A stretch of DNA of 64,000 bases from an uncultured Verrucomicrobiae bacterium (GCA_963801815.1 CAWDGJ010000006.1:1-64000), one strand, 5' to 3'. Shown: positions 1-11,573, counted from the first letter of the stretch. The notes: generated from the sequence alone by a model not told the origin. Translations and numbers: made by a program.

Positions 1-980
1 ACGTGCAAAATGCTCTCTGGCGATCAGCTCTGCTGCTTCGCCTCCAAACTTGTGAACTACGTCGCCAATCAGTTGCATCAGCACATTATTGCGCGCACCT
101 TTTCGCTCGATTGGATAACGAGCCAATATCGCTTCTACGATTGGTCTAGTCGTGATCGAGTAGGTGGTAAGAAAGTAATAGTTTGTGCTTTTTTGTAGGG
201 AAAGTGCACTGCCATTACCAAGCAGCGCGTGCGTGACTTTCCCTACATCCGTGCTCCAGGTTCGCGGCAGCGTTTCGAGCAATGGTTTTACTGTTTCCGC
301 TTCAATGAGTGAAGGAGTGCCGGTCTTTGGATTGAGTGTCCCAGGTGCTCGGATGCCTTTGCCAACACGTTGTGACTCGGCCCGCCCATTCGGAAAAGTC
401 TCACAAATGCCATCTGCAATCGGTGCTCCGATCCATTCGCAAACCTGTTTCAAAAGGTCACTATCCACTGCCCGATTGGGTAGAGTTCGCGAGTGAAGAT
501 AAATAGATGATAGCCGTTACCTGACGCGCAAAGGACCAGGTAAAGTTGCGGATGTTGCAGTAACAGAGAGAAGGCATCTAGCGACCATTTCCGCACCTGC
601 TCGCGCTCTCCATTGTGAGCATCAAAATCAATTGCGGACCAGCGAGATTCGCCTTCCGCGTTCGACGGGTAAAACCCGATACCCGTTTTTACCTTAGCCT
701 TTTCAGTGATGCTTGCCCACGCCCAACTCGCTCGCTTGTCAGCCCGACACTTGGTTGCTTTCGCAAATCGCGCCTGCCCACTTTCTTTGTCCGTCCAAGC
801 TGCGAGGAAATGCGTTAATGGATTCCCGTTGAGCATGTGTTCGCACAAGGCGAGAAAGTCGCGTTCGCTCCAAAGCACGTCGGCTCGTTTTGCTTGACCG
901 AGGATATAACAATTATTGGCAAGCGTCGGAAGTCGCGGCTTGTCTAACGGCTTTAGCACGGTCGATTTCCGGGTCTTCAT
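1..980 (-). CDS. AEP-superfamily primase-polymerase with PriCT-like C-terminal region; frameshift near 453-458; runs off window
   Basis: ATG at 980; motifs AIDFD (DxD) and SGNGYH; after a frame change the ORF stays open to position 1 with IRAPGTLNPKTG (motif III-like) and GARNN (PriCT-1-like). Confidence 0.7.
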
Positions 981-1334
981 GAAACGATCTCGCGCAGTTT
1001 CGCGAACGAGGCGTCCTTGTCCGTGAACGTGAAACCATCGATGCCCCCAGGCTTCGGATTTTGGATAGACTTCCGCTGGTCCAACGAATCTGCCGGCGAT
1101 CCAGAAACCATCACGACGGCGAACTCGAATCACTTCGTAAGCGACGTTCAGCTTCGGGCAGCCGAGCCAAGTCTGTTCGTAAATCGCAGCGCCGTGTTCG
1201 CGCGCGATCTGTCGGTATTGAAAGCCGTCGTGCCGAAATTCTTTCGGCAGCGTTTTAAATGGCGGTTCCTTGGTACCAGCCTCAGCGCTAGGAGGCGTTT
1301 TCAGAACCTCGGCGCGTGGAGATGGCGGGTTCAC
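977..1334 (-). CDS. Small hypothetical element protein, apparently fused to the primase by one extra G in a G5 run
   Basis: Removing one base at 1044-1048 gives ...EAWGIDGFTFTDKDASFAKLREIVS* with its TGA overlapping the primase ATG (ATGA). Confidence 0.6.
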
Positions 1335-1624
1335 TTGTCCAGCGCGTCCTTTGCTCTGGGGGTGTCCATTTGCGACTTCAGAAAAGCGCGCACGCTATCA
1401 ACTTCAAAGAGTCGTTTTCCGCGAACTTGATTTCGTCTGCGAAGACTGACACCCCGAATTTTGCCGTCGTTCAGTAAGGCGTAGGCTAGAGAGCGCTTTA
1501 TTCCCCAACGGGCTTCCAGCCCAGGAACATCGACAAACTCGGGATCGACGTTTGAAGCTCGCGCCGCTGCTTCAGTTAGCGGAACAGTTGTTACCGGATG
1601 TTCGCCGGAGTTAATTGTCTGCAC
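1331..1624 (-). CDS. Excisionase/AlpA-like helix-turn-helix DNA-binding protein
   Basis: 97 aa; WGIKRSLAYALLNDGKI...GKRLFEVDSVRAFL fits the winged-HTH excisionase pattern; lies upstream of the replication gene. Confidence 0.7.
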   Translation of the reverse strand: MQTINSGEHPVTTVPLTEAAARASNVDPEFVDVPGLEARWGIKRSLAYALLNDGKIRGVSLRRRNQVRGKRLFEVDSVRAFLKSQMDTPRAKDALDK

Positions 1625-1697
1625 GGTGCAATTTCGCAGAACTGCAAATCCGGCCGGTTAACTCCAAGCCAAAAGCTCTTCGAGTTAACTTTTCCGC

Positions 1698-2720
1698 CTA
1701 CCAGTTTGACGGCTCGCCTAGGAAGTAAGCTCGAAAGAAACGCCGAGCGCGAGCACGTGCTTTGGCCATCTCCGTTTTCGCGCGCTTGCTCATGGGCTCA
1801 TCACCCCGTCCCTCGCCGCACCGCGCTTTGTATGCACGTGATTCTGTGACGCAGCCCCTGAAGCAGCAGACTTTAGCGACGAGGTCCAGCCGTTTCCATT
1901 GCTTATTCCGATGCAGTTTCCAAATCCGCATCACGGAAAGAGCTTTAAGATCTGAGCGTGTGGCATCGTCTGGCCGCTGACCTTTGCGTTTTGGCTCGTC
2001 GCAGTTGTGATTTCTCGGCCGATGAGTCCTGGCAAATTTTCTCATCTCGTTTCCAATCTCTTTGTCTGTGAAGTCTCCCCAGGGAATTAGAATCGCGATG
2101 GTTTCCAATCCGTCGTCGCGGATGTGGCGCTCAGGTCGGCTTTGTATAGGGGCACCCTTTGTGGTGAAAGTCGTACTAGTCACGGCAAAGCCCCTCGTCG
2201 GTGGCCAAGATAACGGCGGGTACGGTAACCACTGTCCGCGGCCGTCAGATGCGGGCGTCGCCAACTGAACCGCCTTTAATCGCGAAAAATTGAACCAGTG
2301 GAGGGTTTGCTTCAGTCGATGTCCCCTTGTGCGAACTAATTCTGCGAAGCTCATGTTGTCGGCTAGCTCATCGGCAAAGAAAAATAGCCCCCATAACGCG
2401 CCGCCAAGCGTGCGATGCACATCATCTTCCCGCAAATCTTCAAACGATAAGGGTGTTGAATCGCTGCGCGTTTGCGCCTCCTTCATCAACATGAGCAGAC
2501 AGCGCAGCTTGCGCGATTCGCGCGCATACTCGTAGATGCAGCCAGCTTTCAACAGTTCGTTATCCGCAGCTCTCGCCCAACTGCCAAAGTCATAGTCATC
2601 CGGCTGAGGTTTGTCCCACGGTTTAACACGCTCGGCAGCCAAACGATCCCGCTCCTTATGCAACCGTTGCTGCTGGTCGTCGTTCGAGATCCCGCTCACA
2701 TTCTCTTTTGCCACGGACAT
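1698..2720 (-). CDS. Hypothetical protein of the integrative element (possible regulator; basic C-terminus)
   Basis: Long ORF; ATG at 2720 (MSVAKENVSG) chosen as start although the ORF extends to 2834. Confidence 0.6.
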   Translation of the reverse strand: MSVAKENVSGISNDDQQQRLHKERDRLAAERVKPWDKPQPDDYDFGSWARAADNELLKAGCIYEYARESRKLRCLLMLMKEAQTRSDSTPLSFEDLREDDVHRTLGGALWGLFFFADELADNMSFAELVRTRGHRLKQTLHWFNFSRLKAVQLATPASDGRGQWLPYPPLSWPPTRGFAVTSTTFTTKGAPIQSRPERHIRDDGLETIAILIPWGDFTDKEIGNEMRKFARTHRPRNHNCDEPKRKGQRPDDATRSDLKALSVMRIWKLHRNKQWKRLDLVAKVCCFRGCVTESRAYKARCGEGRGDEPMSKRAKTEMAKARARARRFFRAYFLGEPSNW

Positions 2721-2880
2721 TCTGCCACTCCTGAATATGCGCGATTCTTGCACTGCCAAAAACGACTTCAACGCACAACGGCGAACATCATTGAAAAGAG
2801 CAAATTTGTTCTGACTTCTGTTCTGAAAAAGCAAACTTCTAGCGATATTTTATCCGTAAGTATCTAGTGATTAGATAGAT

Positions 2881-2951
2881 AGCGGGTGAAGGGAATCGAA
2901 CCCTCGTGTGCAGCTTGGGAAGCTGCCATTCTACCATTGAATTACACCCGC
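2881..2951 (-). tRNA. tRNA-Gly (anticodon CCC)
   Basis: GCGGGTG/CACCCGC acceptor stem, U73 discriminator, anticodon arm GCAGC-TTCCCAA-GCTGC, GGTTCGATTCC T-arm; CCA not encoded. Confidence 0.97.
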
Positions 2952-2959
2952 GAAGGAAC

Positions 2960-2987
2960 GTTCGATGTTCGATGTTTGATGTTTGAT
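2960..2987 (-). repeat. Heptamer array (ATCRAAC)x4 upstream of tRNA-Gly
   Basis: Minus strand reads TTGCAA ATCAAAC ATCAAAC ATCGAAC ATCGAAC, then 8 nt to the tRNA. Confidence 0.85.
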
Positions 2988-3007
2988 TTGCAAGTGGTGA
3001 AACGAAG

Positions 3008-3616
3008 TCACTGCCAGGAGATCACGTCGTCAGATGTATTGAAGTTTGTGCCTTGCGTTTTGTCTTTGCCCATGGACCACGTGATCACGCCCTGCCTAAT
3101 TGCTGCCGGCCCGGCACTGGTATCGGCCGTGTATGGATTCGTAACCTGATTGTCGTAGTCGGCATCGATGGCGATCGAATACGCAGATCCCCACGGGTCG
3201 CAAAATTGTCCATCGCTTCCGATTCTTCCTTTCGGACTTAGTTGACTGGTGTCTTCTGGTGGTGAAAAGAAAATGATCTGTCGCGTATTTAACACGGCGT
3301 TTTTGGCGCGCAGTTCGTTTAGTACGGCATCGTTTTTCAAATGTCCGGGGCCGTAGATCGCTGACGCGTCATTTGTTTGCGACGTCGGATATCGTCCGTA
3401 CTCGTTGTAAAACGCGTTCATTGCGGTCACGAGCTGGATGAGATCATTCTTTGCCTGCGCTTTTTTCGCTCGCTCGAGAACGGATTGCGCGGCCGGAAAC
3501 AAAAGCCCGGCCAAAACTGCGATCACAGCAATCACGACGAGAAGTTCGAGCAAGGTGTACGCTTGACCGTGCAGACTCGATGAGCTGTAAGGAGATTCGT
3601 GTCTATTCGTAAACAG
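3008..3616 (-). CDS. Prepilin-type N-terminal cleavage/methylation domain protein (pseudopilin, GspG-like)
   Basis: GQAYTLLELLVVIAVIAVLAGLLFP and DPWG motif; no in-frame ATG, so probable CTG start at 3616 after GGGAG. Confidence 0.8.
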   Translation of the reverse strand: MFTNRHESPYSSSSLHGQAYTLLELLVVIAVIAVLAGLLFPAAQSVLERAKKAQAKNDLIQLVTAMNAFYNEYGRYPTSQTNDASAIYGPGHLKNDAVLNELRAKNAVLNTRQIIFFSPPEDTSQLSPKGRIGSDGQFCDPWGSAYSIAIDADYDNQVTNPYTADTSAGPAAIRQGVITWSMGKDKTQGTNFNTSDDVISWQ

Positions 3617-3622
3617 TCGTGG

Positions 3623-5047
3623 TTACTCCCATTTCGCCATCTGTTCGGGGAACGGGCAATGCGCGCAATCGGAGTTGTCCTGCAGGCAGAAGTCCTCGTA
3701 GATCTGCAGAAGCGCCTGTTGGTGCGCGACCGTTTTGGTGAATTCGCGCCGTCGCGGATCGCCGCCAAACAAGCGGGAGGCAGCCGTTTCGAGCCGACGG
3801 TTAGTCAAGCGCGCGCGCAAACTCGCGTAATCGTTCCAAACATCGACCCGCCTTCGCCAAACGCCAGTCCGGCTCGGACCTACGGCGTGGCAGGCATTTT
3901 CCGCACACCAAAATGGAAAAATCACGTTCGCCAAAATTTCAACCATGCGAGATTCGCCGATGAGCGCCATCGGCTCAGGCGCAGGATCTGCGGTCAGGGT
4001 GTAACGGAATTTCCAGAACGGATGATCGAGTTTCTTGCAGAACTTGCGAACAACCCTTGCGGCGCGTTGGCCTAACGACCGGCGAAAGTCCGGCCATTCG
4101 TGGGCGAGGAGCGACAGGGCGGCGAGACGGCGCTGCGGATGATTAGTGGGGCGGGTTGAGCTGAGTTTCCAAACCTTTGCCGGAAGGATCAATCGTTGCA
4201 TCTCGTCGCGGCGCGGCCACCAGCGGTCCCAAAGTTCACGGACGTAGCTTCGGGTCGATTTTTGATAAACCGCCAGGTCTGGCGCTTCCAAAAATCCGCC
4301 GAGCCCGAAAAGAATCGATTCGATTTCGTCAGGTTTTTCGCGCAACGACTTCAATGAGAAGCGCTGGGCGATCAAGGTAAATGGCAGCTTGTTCTCCTTG
4401 TAGCCGAGTGCGGCCGCAATTTCCTGAAATAACGCGTTGTCTCGTCCGTGATTTTCGATCTTCGCGTGCATGCGCGCCGTCTTCTTCTGCAAACGAAACT
4501 GAGCGGCGGCGTCGAGCACGCTGCGAACGCGTTCTTCCGGCAGGTCTTCCAGCGGTGCGTGACAACGCCCCGGCCGCGCGAGCGGAATGTTCGCGCTGAA
4601 TGCTTCCGGTAAAATCGCCGGGTCAATCCGGACCTGCGGCACATTGCGGTTGGCGTTGGTGCGGGTGAAAAACTCACGTTCACTCCGCTCGACGAAGACG
4701 TGGAGCACGGTTTGATCGAACGCGGGATTTGTAGAATGCCCGTGGGTTTCCCAGCTTCGATCGATCAAATCGATTTCAATGCAACCGCGCCGCGGTTCGC
4801 CGCCGTTCACGCGGACGGCAGCGTCTTTGAAATCGGGACCGGCTTCGCGATTCCAAATGCCAAACTGGACGATGTCGATCTTCTCGCCGTCAGTGCTGAC
4901 AAAATTCTTTCCGAACTCACCGGCGAACCAGCGCGCCTGGAGTTCCAATTCGTTCGGTGTTCGCAGCGGGAGAAAAAGCGAGCGGTCGTGGACGCGTGCG
5001 GCGAGGCGCAATTCGGCGTAGCGAGCGCCGTCCAGGGAGTTCGTCAT
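3623..5047 (-). CDS. DUF2851 family protein
   Basis: ELELQARW, WNREAGPDF, WETHGHSTNPAF, VLHV, RPTNHPQRRLA and C-terminal C..C..CP; carries a repeat-derived insertion at 3845-3895. Confidence 0.85.
   Translation of the reverse strand: MTNSLDGARYAELRLAARVHDRSLFLPLRTPNELELQARWFAGEFGKNFVSTDGEKIDIVQFGIWNREAGPDFKDAAVRVNGGEPRRGCIEIDLIDRSWETHGHSTNPAFDQTVLHVFVERSEREFFTRTNANRNVPQVRIDPAILPEAFSANIPLARPGRCHAPLEDLPEERVRSVLDAAAQFRLQKKTARMHAKIENHGRDNALFQEIAAALGYKENKLPFTLIAQRFSLKSLREKPDEIESILFGLGGFLEAPDLAVYQKSTRSYVRELWDRWWPRRDEMQRLILPAKVWKLSSTRPTNHPQRRLAALSLLAHEWPDFRRSLGQRAARVVRKFCKKLDHPFWKFRYTLTADPAPEPMALIGESRMVEILANVIFPFWCAENACHAVGPSRTGVWRRRVDVWNDYASLRARLTNRRLETAASRLFGGDPRRREFTKTVAHQQALLQIYEDFCLQDNSDCAHCPFPEQMAKWE
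3845..3895. repeat. Palindromic repeat inside the DUF2851 gene with a nested 18-bp element (3863-3880)
   Basis: Matches the uninterrupted intergenic copy at 48270-48304 (GACCCGCCTTCGCC...CTACGGCGTGGCAGGC). Confidence 0.85.
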
Positions 5048-5139
5048 GGGGGAACGCCTCAAGTTGTAGGGCAACCATAGCGATTGCCAATTCCAAAGTT
5101 CTTCAGGCGGGAATTACCCGCTAATATAAAGCAGGCCGG

Positions 5140-6198
5140 CTAGGACGAGGCCGCGGCTTGAGGTTCCAAACGTGACTCAACGCCCTCAGGGCCTCGCCGG
5201 CCCGTTCGGTGTCGCAGATCTTCGACGATTTGCTCGACTTCGTCTGCGCTCGATCGCGGAAATAGAAACAGATATCGGGCGCCTTTGCCGGAGGCCGGCG
5301 CGAGGATGAGATTTTCGGAAAGGAATTTTGGCTCGCGAGCCACGGACATTCCATCAAGGTCGATTGCTCGGACGAATGGGCGCCGGCCTTTGCGCGCGAC
5401 GAAAAGAAGTTTGCGCGGCTCTTCGTTCATGGCGGCGAGCGCACCAAAGAGATTTGCCGGAATCTTTCCAGCGCGGCCGCTGATGCATGGAACCGCCCAG
5501 GCGGTCGTTTCACCCAAAACATTCTGTTTGCTGAAAACTTCCGCAAGGTCGCCCGGCAAAACGATTGGCAATTTCGCCGGCGCACCAAAATACGCGGGTA
5601 CATTCAGTTTCTTCCAAGCCAGCCAGATTTTGGCCTTCATTGAGCGCAGGATCTTTGGCGCGAAATAAAGGAACGCGGCCATCGCGACCGCGAAGATCGA
5701 CAACGCAACGATCGGGTTGTGATAGATCAGCGCCAGACCGCCAACGACTGCGACATCTTCGCCCATGCTAAGTGCGATATTGGAGAATGGTTCAGGCGAT
5801 GCATTGGCGGTGAGTCGTGTGGCAGCTTTTGCGGTGTGACTGGCCAAACTGGTGGCGCCGGCGAGCAGGCCGATGATCACGGCGAACGCGGGATCGGGAT
5901 GGCCAAGCACCTGGATGGCGAGAAACGCTCCGCCTATCGGTCGAATGACGGTATGGACGGCGTCCCAAATCGAATCGACCCATGGGATTTTGTCCGCAAA
6001 AAATTCGAGGCCATAGAGAATACCGGCTACGGTAATGATCCAGGGATTGCCCAGGATTTCGAGCGACTGGTAATGAGGGGACAGAGTGATCCAGTGAAAA
6101 TGAATGGCCAGACCAGTCGCGAAGACGGTGAGGTACAAATTAATTCCGGCGAGCGCAGCCAGGCCGAGTGCAACAGCCAGGAGATTAAGCTGCTCCAT
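5140..6198 (-). CDS. DUF4126 domain-containing membrane protein
   Basis: LAGINLYLT, EFFADKIPWVDSIWDAVHTVIRPIGGA, SPEPFSNIALSMGED. Confidence 0.9.
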   Translation of the reverse strand: MEQLNLLAVALGLAALAGINLYLTVFATGLAIHFHWITLSPHYQSLEILGNPWIITVAGILYGLEFFADKIPWVDSIWDAVHTVIRPIGGAFLAIQVLGHPDPAFAVIIGLLAGATSLASHTAKAATRLTANASPEPFSNIALSMGEDVAVVGGLALIYHNPIVALSIFAVAMAAFLYFAPKILRSMKAKIWLAWKKLNVPAYFGAPAKLPIVLPGDLAEVFSKQNVLGETTAWAVPCISGRAGKIPANLFGALAAMNEEPRKLLFVARKGRRPFVRAIDLDGMSVAREPKFLSENLILAPASGKGARYLFLFPRSSADEVEQIVEDLRHRTGRRGPEGVESRLEPQAAASS

Positions 6199-6256
6199 GC
6201 GCCCAATATATGACGAAGTCAGGGATTACAAAGATGCCCTTTTAGCATCGTAACAT

Positions 6257-6284
6257 TTGTAACGGTTTTAACTTCGTTGATAAT
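6257..6284 (+). promoter_or_regulatory. Candidate sigma70 promoter of serS, probably giving a leaderless mRNA, overlapping a 9-nt-period TAAC array
   Basis: TTGTAA-16 nt-GATAAT ends 7 nt before ATG 6292; no Shine-Dalgarno; TAAC at 6251, 6260 and 6269. Confidence 0.45.
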
Positions 6285-6291
6285 CTGGCCC

Positions 6292-7778
<1,487 letters not shown>

Positions 7779-8795
7779 TTCGGCGAAGAGATTGAGTTGC
7801 GATTTGTCTTGTTCCGCGGCGAGTTTTTCTGTTTCGGAGGGTAGCAGCAATTCATAGCCGAGTCGTTGGGCCAGGCGCTGCGCGGTTTCGGGCGCGAACC
7901 CTTCGAAGTGATTACTGACGAAGGCCCAGACATTTCGCACCTCGCCGAGATGCCGCTCGACTTTCAGGGCCCAGCTTTCCAGCGCGGCTTCGCGTTTCCA
8001 AAGAAGTTTGTGGTAGCGATGGATGAATTTGCCGGCGCCATCGTACTTGGTGGTGTAATCGCCGAGCAGACGCAGGTAGATGAAGTCAGTGGTTCGCGGC
8101 AGGAACTCGAACGGCGCGAGATTGCGCTCGTTCAACGGACTGGTGTCCGCCCAGACCCAGCAGACACGATAATTCTCGAGTAACCGGATGATTTGCGGCC
8201 GATGCCATCCCGGGTGCCGGAATTCAATCGCAAAACGAAAATCCTTTGGAAGTTGGACGAGAAACTTTCGGAGAGCTTGTCGCCCATCTTTTGGAGTGAA
8301 CGATGGCGGCAGTTGAATTAGGACGACTTGCAGTTTGGATTCGAGCGGCTCAACCGCGCGCAAAAACGCGTTGAGCTCCGCGGTGCAATCGTGCAGCCGG
8401 CAAACATGGGTGATTTCGCGCGGCAGCTTGCAACTGAAACGAAACGAAGACGGCGTGACCTCGACCCATCGACGGATGGCATTTTCCGTCGGCATGCTGT
8501 AAAAGGTGGAGTCGATCTCCACCGCCGGCAGGTAGCGGCCGTAAAATTCAAGCCATTCCGATTCCGGCAGCTCAGTAGGATAAAAACCACCGCGCCATTC
8601 CTGGAAACTCCAGGCCGCGGCTCCAATCCGAATTTTCTGTTGATCGGTCAGCTTCAAGTCCGCACGAAATCTAAGCCAGATCGGAAGTTGCGGGAAGTTG
8701 GGGATCTTGGAATTGGTGTAGTGCGAGAACGGGCGTTCCGTTGCTCCCGGGCCCAACTTGACGCAGAGTTTAAGTCAATTACCCTGCCAATCCCG

Positions 8796-10079
8796 ATGAA
8801 GTTTCGAGTTCTCCCAATATTGGTCGCCCTTGCGTTCGGTTTTTGTCTTACCGTCGACGCGGCGGTGGTTTTCCGGCCGGGCGCAAAGGCCAAGTATGTG
8901 CCGCCGGGTGAAGAAGAATTGAATGGCAATGCCGCCGAGCTTTTTCAAATCGGACAGAAAGCGGAAAAAGACGGGGACGTCAACAGAGCGATTAAAGCGT
9001 ATAAGACGCTCGTCCGGAAGTATCCGCATGACGCGGTCGCGCCCGCCGCCTGCTATCAGGGCGGCGTTCTCTATGAGCAGACCCACCAATTTTTGGAAGC
9101 CGCAGGTACGTTTCAAACACTTATTGTCACCTATCCCACAAGTCCGCATTTCAACGACGCGATCGAAGGAATGTTTCGCATCGGGGAAATGTATTTGGCC
9201 GGCAAAAAGCTAAAACTGCTTGGCATTCCGCTGGCGACCTCGATGGATCGAGCGGTCGACATTTTCGCCGGCGTTATTCGGACGGCGCCGTACGGAAAGT
9301 ACACCGCTCGGGCGCAGTTTGACATCGGATTGGCGCGTGAGAAACAAGGTGCAAATGACGCCGCGGTCCAGGCGTATCAAGCCGTGATCGATAAGTTTCC
9401 GAACGATCCGGTCGCGGCGGATGCGCAGTACCAGATTGGTTACATTTGGATGACGGCGGCAAAGGGCGGGACCCAGGACATCGCCGCCACCACCAGCGCG
9501 CGGACAGCGTTTCAAGATTATTTGTTTCGTTATCCGAACACCGAGAAAGCTCCGCAAGCGCGCGCCAATCTTCAACAGTTGGAACATCGATCGACCAGCC
9601 GCGCATTCGATGTCGCGAAATATTACGACAAACAGAAGGCCTATCGCGCCGCTGTCATTTATTATAATGAGGTAATCCGGCAGCAACCTGGTTCGTCCGA
9701 GAGCGAGAAAGCGAAGAAACGGATTGAACAATTGCGGAAAAAGGTCGGAGACAAGGTACTGCAGTCCGCGCAAGAAACAGAACAGAAGAAGGCTGACGAT
9801 CAGGCCAAGGCCAAGTCGCCTGCGAGCGGCGCGAACCCTCCTCCGGACCTTAATTCAGCCCCGACATTGCCGTCGGACGTCGATAGCTCGCTTCCGCCGT
9901 TGCCTTCGTCCTCTTCGTCCTCCGGCGCCGGAAGTTCCTCATCGTCTTTAGCCGAACCGGCGGCTGAGCCTTCGAGTACACCAGACGCCGTTCCAGACCG
10001 AACGCCTCAAGAAAGCGCCACGCCTTCCCAACCGGATGATGCCGGTTCGGCAGAAGCAACGGCCTCGCCGACGCCGTGA
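8796..10079 (+). CDS. bamD: Outer membrane protein assembly factor BamD (TPR) with Pro/Ser-rich tail
   Basis: Signal peptide, TPR repeats, VAKYY...YRAAVIYY motif, adjacent to lptE. Confidence 0.8.
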   Translation: MKFRVLPILVALAFGFCLTVDAAVVFRPGAKAKYVPPGEEELNGNAAELFQIGQKAEKDGDVNRAIKAYKTLVRKYPHDAVAPAACYQGGVLYEQTHQFLEAAGTFQTLIVTYPTSPHFNDAIEGMFRIGEMYLAGKKLKLLGIPLATSMDRAVDIFAGVIRTAPYGKYTARAQFDIGLAREKQGANDAAVQAYQAVIDKFPNDPVAADAQYQIGYIWMTAAKGGTQDIAATTSARTAFQDYLFRYPNTEKAPQARANLQQLEHRSTSRAFDVAKYYDKQKAYRAAVIYYNEVIRQQPGSSESEKAKKRIEQLRKKVGDKVLQSAQETEQKKADDQAKAKSPASGANPPPDLNSAPTLPSDVDSSLPPLPSSSSSSGAGSSSSSLAEPAAEPSSTPDAVPDRTPQESATPSQPDDAGSAEATASPTP

Positions 10080-10627
10080 AAAAGTTATTGGCGGCCGCGC
10101 TAGCCTGCCTTGGTCTGACTGGTTGTCTCGGTTATCACATCGGTCCAGCCAAGCCCGCCTATCTTCGCGAGGTCCATTCAATTGCGATTCCGACTTTTAC
10201 CAACAAGACGTTGAATCCCCGTATTGAAGTGCTCGTGACTGACACGGTAATCAAACAGTTCCAACAGGACGGGACGTATCGAATCGCTAGCGGCGAAAAA
10301 GCAGACGCGACCCTCAAGGGTGAAATTTCCCGCATCACCCGGTCGCCCGCGCGGTCAGTTACCGGCAACGTATTGGCGACCAGCGAATTCAATCTCTCCA
10401 TGCATGTGAAATACAAGTTGGTCGGTCCGGACGGCAAACCAGTTGGTCCACCGGGCGAAGTTGTGGGCACGACCAGCTTTTTCGTTGGCACAGGTGGCAC
10501 CACCACGAGCGGCGGCACGACCAGCTCCCTCATTGGGGATGTCACCACCGATGAGCGCCAGGCATTGCCGTTGGCGGCGGAGGAGTTGGCGAACCGGCTT
10601 GTCACTCAGCTGAGCGAAGGCTGGTGA
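10076..10627 (+). CDS. lptE: LPS-assembly lipoprotein LptE
   Basis: Lipobox LTGC followed by LGYH; IAIPTFTNKT, ADATLKGEI; GTGA overlap with bamD. Confidence 0.8.
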   Translation: MKKLLAAALACLGLTGCLGYHIGPAKPAYLREVHSIAIPTFTNKTLNPRIEVLVTDTVIKQFQQDGTYRIASGEKADATLKGEISRITRSPARSVTGNVLATSEFNLSMHVKYKLVGPDGKPVGPPGEVVGTTSFFVGTGGTTTSGGTTSSLIGDVTTDERQALPLAAEELANRLVTQLSEGW

Positions 10628-10634
10628 TTTGTCG

Positions 10635-11513
10635 ATGAAAGGTGAAGAAAAGCTTTGGGGAATTCTTAGCGATAAACTGGAAACACTCCGCGCCAGTAAT
10701 CGTCTGCCGGAAGCGACTCGCGTAGCCGAAACCTTACTTGAGCTGGCCAAGCGAACTTTTGGCGAGGACGATAACGCCCTCGCTGTCAGTTACGAAAGGC
10801 TCGGGACATTGCTCGATCAAAGTGGTGACCGTGCCAAAGCCAAACCCTATCTGTTAAAAGCACACGCGGTTCTCGAAAAAGCCAAACCGCCGGATCAGCG
10901 GATGCTTTATCGATCGGCGCGGCGGCTCGCATTTTTGTGCGATAACCTTGGTCAACAGGACGAAGCGATCCGCTATTACGAGAAAGCGATCGGCGCCGGC
11001 ACGCAGCTGGACGATCTGCCCTACGCGGACCTGGGAACGATGTTGAATAACGTAGCGCTGATTTTTCGACGTTCAGGGCGGCAAAAAGCGGCGGAGCCGT
11101 ATTACCTGCACGCGTTGCAGATTTATGAAAAACAACTTGGACCACAGCACGCCGACGTTGCCTCGGTCTTGAACAACCTTGCCGTTTTCTACACCAACGA
11201 AAAACGGTACGCTGAAGCGGAGAAGACGCACCTTCGCGCCCTGGCGATTCGTGAAAAAGTTCTGCCGTCAACGCATCCCGACATCGCGCAATCAAAATGC
11301 AATCTCGCGGTGGTTTATCATTCGCGCGGAGACTACCCCAAAGCCGCCGAGCTCTATCGCGCATCACTATCTGCCTGGGAAGAGGCCACCGATCAACCGC
11401 CGGAAGATTACGAAATCGTGGCCGCAAATTACGCGGATCTGTTGCGTTCGTTAGGCAAAGCGCGCAAGGCGCAACAGCTCGAAGCTCGCGCCCGCAAACG
11501 TCGCCGCGGCTAA
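10635..11513 (+). CDS. Tetratricopeptide repeat protein (TPR_10/12 type)
   Basis: Repeated LNNLA/ALQIYEKQLGPQHADVA motifs. Confidence 0.85.
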   Translation: MKGEEKLWGILSDKLETLRASNRLPEATRVAETLLELAKRTFGEDDNALAVSYERLGTLLDQSGDRAKAKPYLLKAHAVLEKAKPPDQRMLYRSARRLAFLCDNLGQQDEAIRYYEKAIGAGTQLDDLPYADLGTMLNNVALIFRRSGRQKAAEPYYLHALQIYEKQLGPQHADVASVLNNLAVFYTNEKRYAEAEKTHLRALAIREKVLPSTHPDIAQSKCNLAVVYHSRGDYPKAAELYRASLSAWEEATDQPPEDYEIVAANYADLLRSLGKARKAQQLEARARKRRRG

Positions 11514-11573
11514 ACGCCAGTATTTAGCCGCAATTGGCGGTCGAACCTGGGTCGGCTGGGGCGGGTCCCACTT

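Larger units (their letters stand above)
1..2880. mobile_element. End of an integrative element (phage-satellite/IME-like) inserted at the 3' end of tRNA-Gly(CCC); continues off the left edge
   Basis: Begins directly after the tRNA discriminator base; co-oriented hypothetical, excisionase-like HTH, small gene and AEP primase; integrase and second att site are not in the window. Confidence 0.75.

Noticed and set aside
450..1334. Single 294-aa ORF from the supplied track
   Set aside because: Better explained as two genes joined by a homopolymer indel and truncated by a second frameshift
1657..1690. Two GTTAACT motifs upstream of the excisionase-like gene
   Set aside because: Could be operators, but two 7-mers are too little evidence
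9880..10070. Low-complexity TCC/TCG tract in the bamD 3' end
   Set aside because: Encodes an ordinary Ser/Pro-rich disordered tail
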